Origin: Bacteroidales bacterium
GTDB lineage: Bacteria > Bacteroidota > Bacteroidia > Bacteroidales > VadinHA17
Direction of reading: 5' to 3'
NCBI GenBank assembly: GCA_030596125.1
Contig: JAUVKT010000001.1
Location: 28,860 to 92,859, forward strand
DNA: 64,000 nt
Both the position numbers and the translations under genes were made by a program. Below are positions 1-8,712 of the stretch, piece by piece. The number at the start of each line of letters is the position of its first letter. Positions within the stretch are counted from its first letter, which is position 1. The notes below the pieces were generated by a model. It ran no database searches. It was not told where the DNA came from and was given only the letters and a program-made list of their open reading frames with translations.

Positions 1-1
1 G

Positions 2-907
2 GGCACTGGGGATATAACTGTAATGGAAGCCGACGAATTCGACAGGTCTTTTCATAATCTCACTCCCCGCCTGGCACTTATTACTTCTATTGACGCCGAC
101 CATCTTGATGTTTATGGAAACTACGGGGAGGTAGTGAATTCCTATAACAGGTTTGCAGAGAAAATATTGAAAGGAGGCAGCCTGGTACTCAATGATAAGA
201 TCAGAGATAAGATCAGAACAATCGAGGGTGTAACATATTATACTTATGGATTTGAGAAATCTTCTGATTTCAGGATCAATAACCTGAAAAAGAAGGAGGA
301 GGCTTATGTTTTTGACCTGGTAACCCCGGAAGGAATTATCAAAGACGTTATTTCACTATCTCCGGGGAGGGCAAATCTCGAGAATATTATTGCCGGAATG
401 GCACTTGCATTATTGTCGGGTGCAACAGAAGATGAGTTGAAAAAGGCATTAGTCCACTATAAAGGGGTTGTAAGGCGTTTCGATATAAGGATAAACACGT
501 CTGAAATTGTATATATCGATGATTATGCACACCACCCGCGGGAACTGGACTTTATTACTGAATCTGTTCGCGATCATTATGGCAATCGTAAAATTACAGC
601 AGTATTTCAGCCACACCTGTTTACCCGCACTCGCGATCATGCTGCCGGTTTTGCTGAATCTCTCGACAGGTTCGACAGGGTGATCCTGTTACCTGTTTAT
701 CCGGCAAGAGAAGAGCCGGTTGAGGGAGTCAATTCAGGGATGATCCTTGATAAAATGAAACTTGATGATAAAGTTGTAGTTGAAAAGGAGAAACTGCTTC
801 ATCATCTTGAGAAACTGAATATTGAAATATTACTGACAATGGGCGCCGGCGATATTGATTCCCTGGTTAAGCCAATAGAGATAATGCTAAAACAGAGAGT
901 AAGTTGA
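2..907 (+). CDS. murC: UDP-N-acetylmuramate--L-alanine ligase MurC, C-terminal part (5' end outside window)
   Basis: The frame is open from the window edge (GTGDITVMEADEFDRSF...). It carries C-terminal Mur-ligase motifs (DDYAHHPRE, QPHLFTRTRD). It lies directly upstream of ftsQ-ftsA-ftsZ, as in dcw clusters. Confidence 0.9.
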   Translation, partial: GTGDITVMEADEFDRSFHNLTPRLALITSIDADHLDVYGNYGEVVNSYNRFAEKILKGGSLVLNDKIRDKIRTIEGVTYYTYGFEKSSDFRINNLKKKEEAYVFDLVTPEGIIKDVISLSPGRANLENIIAGMALALLSGATEDELKKALVHYKGVVRRFDIRINTSEIVYIDDYAHHPRELDFITESVRDHYGNRKITAVFQPHLFTRTRDHAAGFAESLDRFDRVILLPVYPAREEPVEGVNSGMILDKMKLDDKVVVEKEKLLHHLEKLNIEILLTMGAGDIDSLVKPIEIMLKQRVS

Positions 908-1677
908 AAAGGTTAAGAAAAATATGGTGGACCCCCTTTGTGTTATATGTGATTCTAACACCTGCTTTTATGTCTGAAAGGGTATACAATACAAGTTGCA
1001 GGAAGATTGAAGTTGCAATTAAAGATTCACTCACAGGCATGTTTGTTACCGGTGATGCAGTTTTTTCACTTGTTCAGAATGATAATAACAGAATTCTCGG
1101 GGAAATGATTGGGAATGTGAATATAGAGGAGATTGAGAACAGGGTAATGCAGATAAGAGAACTTGAGTGTGCAGAGGTTTACAGAACTATAGATGGGATT
1201 TTGCATATTGATGCCGACCAGAGAGATCCCATAATGAGAATTATGACCAATTATGGGAATAATTATTTCATTGATAATAATGGTATAATAATCCCATATA
1301 AGGAGGGGTATTCTCCCCGCCTGATTATTATTTCAGGGAATGTCTCCATTTCCGACAGCTCAGTGATTTCAGGAAGTCTTGATTTTACCAGGTCAGGCGA
1401 AACATTGAAGAGAATCTATGATCTGGTATCTTTTATAAGGGAGGATATTTTCTGGGAGAGTCAGATCGAGCAGATATGGGTAACTGAAAAAAGGGAGTTT
1501 GAACTTATTCCAAGGGTTGGAAACCATCTTATCAGGTTTGGCAGGGGTGACAACATTGACGGAAAATTCAGAAACCTCGAAGCGTTTTACAGGAACGCCC
1601 TGCCCCTTGCAGGATGGGACAGTTACAAAGTGATAAATTTAAGGTATGACGGACAGATTGTATGTAAAAAAAGATAG
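904..1677 (+). CDS. ftsQ: Cell division protein FtsQ-like
   Basis: 257 aa with a single N-terminal TM (WWTPFVLYVILTPAF) followed by an extracytoplasmic domain. It sits between murC and ftsA. The TTG start overlaps the murC TGA stop (TTGA). The call rests mainly on synteny and topology. Confidence 0.7.
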   Translation: MKRLRKIWWTPFVLYVILTPAFMSERVYNTSCRKIEVAIKDSLTGMFVTGDAVFSLVQNDNNRILGEMIGNVNIEEIENRVMQIRELECAEVYRTIDGILHIDADQRDPIMRIMTNYGNNYFIDNNGIIIPYKEGYSPRLIIISGNVSISDSSVISGSLDFTRSGETLKRIYDLVSFIREDIFWESQIEQIWVTEKREFELIPRVGNHLIRFGRGDNIDGKFRNLEAFYRNALPLAGWDSYKVINLRYDGQIVCKKR

Positions 1678-1708
1678 TAGTAAAAGTTAACCATATTATA
1701 ATAATATT

Positions 1709-3049
1709 ATGAAGCAGAGAGAACAGTATGTTGCAGCAGTTGACATTGGAACAACAAAGATAGTTTCCATTGTCGGTAAGAAAAATGAAAATGGCAAGAT
1801 TGAAATCCTCGGATTAAGCAAGGCTCCTTCTAATGGTGTAAAAAGGGGTGTGGTTTTAAATATTGAGGAGACGGTTAACGCCATTAATAAAACTGTTGAG
1901 GATGTCCAGGGCAGATCCGAAATTGCTTTTTCTGATGTATTTGTTGGTATAGCCGGCCAGCATATCAAAAGTATGAAAAGCCGTGGATATATCAACAGGG
2001 ACTCCAGTGATGACGAGATCCGGAAAGAGGACGTCTTCAATCTTACCCAGGATATGCATAAGATCCCAATTGAGATTGGGGAGGAGATTATCCATGTGAT
2101 TCCCCAGAACTTCATTGTTGATAACGAGACGGGGGTGAAAAATCCGATTGGAATGTGTGGCCGGCGGCTTGAAGCCAATTTCCATATCGTTATCGGACAG
2201 GTCGCTTCGGCAAAAAATATTGAAAAGTGCATCAAAAAAGCAGGTTTGAATGTTAAAGATCTGATACTTGAACCGTTAGCTTCATCTGATGCTGTGTTGA
2301 CCGATGACGAGAAAGAGGCTGGTGTGGTTCTTGTAGATATTGGTGGTGGCACTACTGACGTGGCAGTCTATTATGATAAAATAATCAGACATACAGCTGT
2401 GATACCGTTTGGAGGCAACGTGGTAACCAGAGACATTAAGGAGGGATGTTCAATACTACACCGCTTTGCCGAACAGCTCAAATTGCAGTATGGTTCTGCT
2501 CTTGGTGATATAGCACCCGAAGACAAGGTGGTGTCTGTACCGGGTATAAGTGGCAGGGAGCCCAAGGAGATATCATTTAAAAGCCTTGCATATATAATTC
2601 AGTCGAGAATGGAGGAGATAATAGATGATGTTAATTTTGAAATACAATCATCAGGCTATGCTGATAAATTATCAGCAGGTGTTGTTTTGACAGGGGGTGG
2701 AGCGATGCTTAAACACCTCGCTCAACTTGTTAAGTTTAAGATGGCTATGGATGTGAGGATCGGCCTGCCTAATGAGAATCTTTCAGGTAGTTCAAAGGAG
2801 GAGATAAACCAGCCAATGTTCGCAACAAGTGTCGGACTCATAATGAGAGGATTTGATTATCTGGAGACATTCAAAACCAATTTCAATGCCGGACATAAAA
2901 GCGAAATGAGTGAAAAAGGAGGGAGTGAGTCAGAGAATGGTTCTGGTGATGATTATACCGGTGACACCGACGGTAAATTATCATGGAAAGAGAAATTTAA
3001 GAGAAGCCTTGGTAAAATGTTCGAGACTGAAGACCTGAGTATAAGTTAA
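1709..3049 (+). CDS. ftsA: Cell division protein FtsA
   Basis: Actin-fold ATPase motifs are present (VAAVDIGTTKIV, VLVDIGGGTTDVAVY, VLTGGGAML). There is a C-terminal amphipathic membrane-targeting helix (WKEKFKRSLGKMF). It is adjacent to ftsZ. Confidence 0.95.
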   Translation: MKQREQYVAAVDIGTTKIVSIVGKKNENGKIEILGLSKAPSNGVKRGVVLNIEETVNAINKTVEDVQGRSEIAFSDVFVGIAGQHIKSMKSRGYINRDSSDDEIRKEDVFNLTQDMHKIPIEIGEEIIHVIPQNFIVDNETGVKNPIGMCGRRLEANFHIVIGQVASAKNIEKCIKKAGLNVKDLILEPLASSDAVLTDDEKEAGVVLVDIGGGTTDVAVYYDKIIRHTAVIPFGGNVVTRDIKEGCSILHRFAEQLKLQYGSALGDIAPEDKVVSVPGISGREPKEISFKSLAYIIQSRMEEIIDDVNFEIQSSGYADKLSAGVVLTGGGAMLKHLAQLVKFKMAMDVRIGLPNENLSGSSKEEINQPMFATSVGLIMRGFDYLETFKTNFNAGHKSEMSEKGGSESENGSGDDYTGDTDGKLSWKEKFKRSLGKMFETEDLSIS

Positions 3050-3089
3050 TATGGTATAATAGTGCAAATAACTGTTAAATATAATTGCT

Positions 3090-4541
3090 ATGACAGAGGA
3101 TCTGATGAATTTTGATCTCCCGGTTGAGAGATCGTCAATAATTAAGGTACTGGGAATTGGAGGAGGTGGCAATAATGCCGTTAATCATATGTATAACCGG
3201 GGCATTACTGATGTAAATTTTGTTGTTTGTAATACCGATGCACAGGCCCTGGCCGAAAGTCCGGTCCCGGTTAAGGTGCAGATTGGAGAAGATCTTACCG
3301 AAGGAAGAGGTGCAGGCAGTCATCCCGAGACAGGCAGGGAATCAGCTGAGGAGAACCTTGATAAGGTGATGTCGGCACTGTCAGGTAATACACGTATGAT
3401 ATTTTTGACAACCGGTATGGGAGGTGGAACGGGTACCGGTGCAATACCAGTTATTGCCAGGGCTTGTAAAACTTCAGGAATACTTACAATTGCTGTTGTA
3501 ACAATACCGTTTAAATCGGAAGGAAAGATCAGAATAAAGAATGCTATTGAAGGAATTAATCAGCTTAAGGATCATGTAGATTCCCTGCTTGTTATTAATA
3601 ACGAAAAGCTCAGGGAAATGTATGGCAACCAGAGTGTGTCGACTGCTTTTGCAAAAGCTGATGATGTGCTGACAACTGCCGTTAAGGGGATTGCAGAAAT
3701 AATTACCGTTGCAGGCTATATAAATGTCGATTTTGCGGATGTTGAAACGGTAATGAAGGATTCAGGGGTTGCTGTAATGGGAACAGGATCAGCCTCCGGT
3801 GATGACAGGGCAACAGAATCTATCCGTCAGGCTATTGAATCACCACTGCTTAATTCAAGTGACATTACAGGGGCCAGGAGCATTCTTTTGAATATTTCTA
3901 CCGGTACCGGAGAGAATGAACTTACCATGGATGAACTGGGCGAGATAACCGATTATTTATATGATGTTGCATCGGATGATGCTTTGATTATCCGGGGAAT
4001 TTCGAAAGATGAATCTAAGGGAGGAGAGATCAGTGTTGCTGTAATCGCTACAGGTTTTGAGCCAAACAGCATACTTGAGCCATACCGGACTATTCCACAA
4101 ACAGAAAAGGTTACACTTAGAGCTAACGGCGAGGTTGCCGAAACACCTGTTAACCAGCCGGGAGATCCTGAAGTTATCAAGGTAAGGAAAAAGAGGATTA
4201 TCATAGATGAAGAAGAGAAGTCTCAGGGAATACTCGAATTTGATGTCATTTCCTCCGAAAAGGTATATACAGAAGATGCTGGCAAAGATAATGGTACACT
4301 CCGAAAGATAAAGCATATGCAGGATATCCTTCAAAAAGAGGGCCTGTCTGATAAAAACAAGAAAGAAAATATCGATGAGTATGAGGATGTGCCGGCTTAT
4401 GTAAGGAAGAATATTAAGATTGACAAATCGGGGGATAAAAACAAATCTGAGATATCCAGGTTTACACTTTCAGATGATGATGATAATGATGAGACAAGTT
4501 TAAGGGAGGATAACGCCTATCTGAATGATAATGTTGATTAA
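3090..4541 (+). CDS. ftsZ: Cell division GTPase FtsZ
   Basis: It has GIGGGGNNAVNHM, the tubulin signature TGMGGGTGTGAIPVIA, and the conserved C-terminal peptide EYEDVPAYVRKN. A 42-aa acidic tail follows that peptide. Confidence 0.97.
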   Translation: MTEDLMNFDLPVERSSIIKVLGIGGGGNNAVNHMYNRGITDVNFVVCNTDAQALAESPVPVKVQIGEDLTEGRGAGSHPETGRESAEENLDKVMSALSGNTRMIFLTTGMGGGTGTGAIPVIARACKTSGILTIAVVTIPFKSEGKIRIKNAIEGINQLKDHVDSLLVINNEKLREMYGNQSVSTAFAKADDVLTTAVKGIAEIITVAGYINVDFADVETVMKDSGVAVMGTGSASGDDRATESIRQAIESPLLNSSDITGARSILLNISTGTGENELTMDELGEITDYLYDVASDDALIIRGISKDESKGGEISVAVIATGFEPNSILEPYRTIPQTEKVTLRANGEVAETPVNQPGDPEVIKVRKKRIIIDEEEKSQGILEFDVISSEKVYTEDAGKDNGTLRKIKHMQDILQKEGLSDKNKKENIDEYEDVPAYVRKNIKIDKSGDKNKSEISRFTLSDDDDNDETSLREDNAYLNDNVD

Positions 4542-4565
4542 TAATATTATTGAACTTTGAATATT

Positions 4566-4573
4566 TATCTTTG
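4566..4573 (+). promoter_or_regulatory. TAnnTTTG -7 motif (TATCTTTG) before the porin-like gene
   Basis: It matches the Bacteroidota sigma-A -7 consensus. It lies only 5 nt before ATG 4579, which would imply a near-leaderless mRNA, so support is weak. Confidence 0.3.
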
Positions 4574-4578
4574 GTTCG

Positions 4579-6516
4579 ATGAGGAGAATACTACTGTTTT
4601 TGGTGTTTGCAGGTTTGTCATGTTTAACGAGTGCACAGGACGACTCGGTTAAAGTTGGCCATATAACAAGGCAGTTTACATTGTCAGACGACTATACCGG
4701 GATAGTGAATGTTAGCCTTGATACAATACTTACCGGTTTTCATGAATATAAAGTTACTGACAAAATCAATCCATTTTATCTCTCTCTTGGTAATCATGGT
4801 CTCCCTATCGAGGAGTATGACTTTTTTTCCCGCACAAAGAATCCTGATGAGTTTCTTTATCGTCATTATAAACCTTATATGCACCACCTGGGGAATAGAA
4901 TGTTTATAGATACTCATGTACCGTTTTCAGAAATTGTCTGGTCTTATGGAGGTAAAAGAGCAACGTCTGAACAGACATTTCGTGTCAGGTATTCACAAAA
5001 TGTAAACAGCTACTTAAATGTTGGATTAGATCTTGGTATAATCTACAGCCTTGGTCAGTATAGTTACCAGAAAACAAACGACAGATCTTTTACATTGCAT
5101 ACATCATATATAAAGAAGAAATATAATTTGTTTGCTGCATTGAGCATGAATAATTTTTTTGTGCAGGAAAACGGTGGACTGGATGATAGTACACAGTTGG
5201 GAACTATTCCTACCCGTGACCTTCCCGTACGCCTGGGGGGATTGAGTGAAGCTCTTTCGACCATGAAAAACAAGAACCTGCTGCTTGTCCAGAAGTATAA
5301 TATCGGCAAATCCGGTGATGGTGCTGAATCCTCTGAGATAAGCGAAAATGAAAAAAACGGAGGTGTAAAAGGTACTATTACCCATATTTTCACAATAGAG
5401 AGTGTCAGGAAATTTTACGATGATAAAAACCCCTCCGGTGAGTTCTATGATACTACCTATATTACGAATGATATTGATAACAAGGTTGCTACTCATGACT
5501 CAGTCTATTCAAGGCTTATCCGGAACACCCTGAGATTTGATTTTAAAACAAGTGAGACCGCAAAATTCAGACTCGGAATTGGTGTTGGAGCGATGAATGA
5601 GCTTAATTTATACAGCCAGGTTATCCCCACTCATGATTCACTGTTTGCCGATACAGCACAATGGGAAAACAGCTCAAATGCCCTGGTGGGAAAAGTGTTT
5701 GGTAATATCGGAGATAATTTTGGATGGAGTGCTAACGGGGAGCTGTACCTGTCGGGTTACAGGAGCGGAGATATGGAGGTAAGCGGAGCCATCAGTAAAA
5801 GTTTTGGCGAAGGGGAGGGTAAGTCTGATCTGGTTGCAAGGGGATCAATTAATAATACCACACCCTCGTGGTGGATTAAACAGTGGGGCAGTAACCATTT
5901 TGAATGGAACAATGATTACGACAGGGAGCTTAGAGTTAACCTTGGAGGCAGTTTCAATATTCCCAAACGGATGCTTTACCTGGATGCAGACTATGCACTG
6001 TTAACCAATTATATCTATTTTAACAATTTTGCTGTTCCTGAGCAGTTTGCCGGATCTTTGTCGGTAATTTCAATCAGGCTGAATAAAGATTTTAAATTCT
6101 GGAGATTCAGGCTTAATAACAGAATACTCCTGCAGCAGTCATCCAAAACAGAAATACTCGACCTGCCTGCATTGGCAATTAAGAGTTCGTTTTTCTTCAA
6201 TCAGCAGATCAATTTCAAATCTACAGGCGGACGACTGGATATCCAGTTGGGTGTTGAGGCTCTCTATTATACCGAATACCATTCATCATATTACATGCCT
6301 TCAACAGGAGTTTATTACAGGCAGAACGAAACAACAACCGGCAATTACCCATTTATTAATGCCTTTCTGAATGTAAGGCTTAAGCGTACCAGGTTCTTCT
6401 TTGCATTTGACCATGTGAACCACGATATGATGGGGACCAACTACTATATGGTAACAGGTTATCCAATGAATGTACGAACATTCAAATATGGCATAGCATG
6501 GACGTTTTATAATTAA
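4579..6516 (+). CDS. Putative outer-membrane beta-barrel / porin-like protein
   Basis: 645 aa with a signal peptide (…GLSCLTSAQD) and no internal TM helices. It has an amphipathic strand-like pattern and a C-terminal aromatic end (…GIAWTFYN), as OM beta-barrels do. The family assignment (Bacteroidota 'putative porin') is from recollection only. Confidence 0.5.
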   Translation: MRRILLFLVFAGLSCLTSAQDDSVKVGHITRQFTLSDDYTGIVNVSLDTILTGFHEYKVTDKINPFYLSLGNHGLPIEEYDFFSRTKNPDEFLYRHYKPYMHHLGNRMFIDTHVPFSEIVWSYGGKRATSEQTFRVRYSQNVNSYLNVGLDLGIIYSLGQYSYQKTNDRSFTLHTSYIKKKYNLFAALSMNNFFVQENGGLDDSTQLGTIPTRDLPVRLGGLSEALSTMKNKNLLLVQKYNIGKSGDGAESSEISENEKNGGVKGTITHIFTIESVRKFYDDKNPSGEFYDTTYITNDIDNKVATHDSVYSRLIRNTLRFDFKTSETAKFRLGIGVGAMNELNLYSQVIPTHDSLFADTAQWENSSNALVGKVFGNIGDNFGWSANGELYLSGYRSGDMEVSGAISKSFGEGEGKSDLVARGSINNTTPSWWIKQWGSNHFEWNNDYDRELRVNLGGSFNIPKRMLYLDADYALLTNYIYFNNFAVPEQFAGSLSVISIRLNKDFKFWRFRLNNRILLQQSSKTEILDLPALAIKSSFFFNQQINFKSTGGRLDIQLGVEALYYTEYHSSYYMPSTGVYYRQNETTTGNYPFINAFLNVRLKRTRFFFAFDHVNHDMMGTNYYMVTGYPMNVRTFKYGIAWTFYN

Positions 6517-6521
6517 AATTG

Positions 6522-6529
6522 TATATTTG
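6522..6529 (+). promoter_or_regulatory. TAnnTTTG -7 motif (TATATTTG) before the mltF-like gene
   Basis: Exact consensus match, 51 nt upstream of the TTG start at 6581. Confidence 0.45.
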
Positions 6530-6580
6530 CCCCGCTTTTTTGCAAAACGAAAAAGCATACGTTGAACTAAATCAGCTATT

Positions 6581-8005
6581 TTGATAACCAGAATATTATC
6601 TGTTTTTATATTTCTTATACTTACCGCCCTCTCCTGTAATCAGGATCCCAGCACTTCAGCCGGTTCAATGATAATTCACCGTGACCTTATACAGTTAAGG
6701 GAACGGGGAAAGATCGTGGCAATAACCGATTTCAATTCTACAAGCTATTTTATTTACAAGGGCGAGCCTATGGGTTTTCAGTATGAGTTGCTCCAGACTT
6801 TTGCCGATTATATTCAGCTTGAACTTGAGATTATAACAGAGAATGATCTTAATGTATCTTTCGAAATGCTCAACAGGGGGGATGCCGATCTGCTGGCATT
6901 TAACCTGTCAATAAACAATGAGCGAAAAGACAAGATTCTCTTTTCAGACCCTATTGGTTATACCAGACAGGTGCTTGTACAGCGCAGGCCCGAAAACTGG
7001 CTTGAAATGACCCGTGATGAACTGGATAAGATTCTGATAAGGAATCAACTTGATCTGGCCGGGAAAACAGTTTATGTTCAGAGTGGTTCATCATTTGCCC
7101 AACGTTTACGAAACCTGCAGGATGAGATAGGCGATTCAATTCACATTGTTGAGGTGCCAATGGAAGTAGAGAAGCTGATAACACTTGTTGCCGAAAAGGA
7201 GATCGATTATACCGTGTGTGATGAGAATGTTGGTCTGGTTAACAGGACCTATTACTTTAATCTCGATGTCGGCACACCAATAAGTTTTCCACAGAATTAT
7301 GCCTGGGCAGTACGAAAAACCGGTTCAGTTGAGATGGTTTCTGCTCTTAATAGCTGGATAAAAACGTTTAAGGGTTCATCACAGTATGCACTGCTGTATG
7401 CTAAATATTTTAAGAATAACCGCTCCAGACGAATAGTTGCAAGTGATTCTTATTCTCTGTTAAGTGGCAGAGTCTCAGAATGGGATACCTATTTTAAACA
7501 ATATAGTGATACTATAGGGTGGGACTGGAGACTGCTTGCGTCACTTGTGGCACAGGAATCCAGGTTTGATCCGGGTGTGACGTCCTGGGCGGGAGCGTAT
7601 GGGTTAATGCAGCTGATGCCTTCCACCGGCTATCTTTTTGGTATTGATGTTACTTCTACGCCTGAAAATAATATCAGGGCCGGAATAAAGTATATCAATT
7701 GGCTGCAGGATATGTTTGAAGATAAAGTGCCGGATGAACAGGAGAGAATGAAATTTATACTCGCTGCCTATAATGTTGGTCCCGGTCATGTACTTGATGC
7801 CAGACAACTGGCAAGAAAAAATGGAAAGGATCCCGAATTGTGGGATGGGAATGTTGCTTATTATCTGTTAAGAAAATCTGATCCTGAGTATTATCGCGAC
7901 CCTGTTGTGGAACATGGATTTTGCAGGGGTGATGAACCGTATAATTATGTTATTGAGATACTTGACAGGTATGAACACTATTCAAATTTTATTCCGGAAG
8001 AATAA
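6581..8005 (+). CDS. mltF: Membrane-bound lytic murein transglycosylase F-like (solute-binding domain + SLT domain)
   Basis: It has a TTG start and a lipoprotein-type signal (…LTALSCNQD). The N-terminal part looks like a type-3 periplasmic binding domain. The C-terminal SLT motif with the catalytic Glu is present (LVAQESRFDP…AGAYGLMQLMPST…AYNVGPGHV). Confidence 0.8.
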   Translation: MITRILSVFIFLILTALSCNQDPSTSAGSMIIHRDLIQLRERGKIVAITDFNSTSYFIYKGEPMGFQYELLQTFADYIQLELEIITENDLNVSFEMLNRGDADLLAFNLSINNERKDKILFSDPIGYTRQVLVQRRPENWLEMTRDELDKILIRNQLDLAGKTVYVQSGSSFAQRLRNLQDEIGDSIHIVEVPMEVEKLITLVAEKEIDYTVCDENVGLVNRTYYFNLDVGTPISFPQNYAWAVRKTGSVEMVSALNSWIKTFKGSSQYALLYAKYFKNNRSRRIVASDSYSLLSGRVSEWDTYFKQYSDTIGWDWRLLASLVAQESRFDPGVTSWAGAYGLMQLMPSTGYLFGIDVTSTPENNIRAGIKYINWLQDMFEDKVPDEQERMKFILAAYNVGPGHVLDARQLARKNGKDPELWDGNVAYYLLRKSDPEYYRDPVVEHGFCRGDEPYNYVIEILDRYEHYSNFIPEE

Positions 8006-8015
8006 TCCCTTTTCC

Positions 8016-8636
8016 TTAATGTCCGCCTGCCTGGTAGATCCAGAAGATTCCAACCAGTACGGCTGCTGAGCTTCCTGCAACCCTGACAGCCAGGAGCAAT
8101 TTCTTCTGATTCCCGGAAGCAACACTTTGAGAGACAAAACCCATTATTACTGAGTATGCTACCATAGTAATAATAGTACCCACACCGAAGCCGATTATGT
8201 AGCTTGCTGCATCTGCCATTGTTGGGAGAGCCAGACTGGGAAGTATGCCTATCAGATGAGAGACCCCGGCCAGGCCATGAATCAAACCAACCCCCAGCGC
8301 TGTCCACGAATCGTTTTTCCCGGTAAAAACATGTTTATGCGGAGTGTGAGAAAAAATCCTGTAAAAAACCCATATACCAATAAGAATCAACAGTATACCT
8401 ACTATTTTTTCACTATAGGATGAGATGATCTCAACAGGAATAAGATCTCTGAAAAAGATAAACAGGGCACCTATCATAAAAACACCTAGTGTATGTCCCA
8501 GTCCCCAGGAAAATCCAATAAGCCAGGATTTTTTCTTTCCTTCAATTGCAAGAGGAGTTACCGCAGCCAGATGATCCGGCCCTGATATAACATGCAGTGA
8601 ACTTGCAGCAAGGCCTGTAAGGAAGTAGATAATCAT
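8016..8636 (-). CDS. Six-TM membrane protein, NicO/UreH-like metal transporter family (tentative)
   Basis: It has hydrophobic 6-TM repeats with His-rich motifs (SLHVISGPDHLAAV, GLGHTLGV, GLIHGLAGVSHL). I moved the start to the internal ATG at 8636 (MIIYFLTGL…). The ORF-track start at 8792 would overlap gatD and adds non-membrane junk sequence. Confidence 0.45.
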   Translation of the reverse strand: MIIYFLTGLAASSLHVISGPDHLAAVTPLAIEGKKKSWLIGFSWGLGHTLGVFMIGALFIFFRDLIPVEIISSYSEKIVGILLILIGIWVFYRIFSHTPHKHVFTGKNDSWTALGVGLIHGLAGVSHLIGILPSLALPTMADAASYIIGFGVGTIITMVAYSVIMGFVSQSVASGNQKKLLLAVRVAGSSAAVLVGIFWIYQAGGH

Positions 8637-8662
8637 TATTCTCAATTTTGCCGAAAGATAGA

Positions 8663-8670
8663 CAAAAATA
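8663..8670 (-). promoter_or_regulatory. TAnnTTTG -7 motif (TATTTTTG on minus strand) before the NicO-like gene
   Basis: The plus strand reads CAAAAATA, 26 nt upstream of the revised ATG at 8636. Confidence 0.4.
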
Positions 8671-8712
8671 TTATCCTGTTGAGTATAGTTGGTTGTTATC
8701 CTGGTGAAAGCT

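Noticed and set aside
1696-2352. 218-aa ORF antisense to ftsA. The same applies to other long antisense or alternate-frame ORFs at 10495-11043, 21315-21839, 33731-34252 and 52978-53385.
   Set aside because: Each lies entirely inside a gene whose product is unmistakable on the other strand or frame. Their translations are low-complexity, Ser/Pro/Ile-rich and without recognisable motifs. They are typical shadow ORFs.
6530-6575. GCTTTTT…AAAAAGC hairpin between the porin-like gene and the mltF-like gene as a terminator.
   Set aside because: It has a 7-bp all-A/T-plus-GC stem and no trailing U-run, and it lies downstream of the mltF -7 motif. It is too weak to call.
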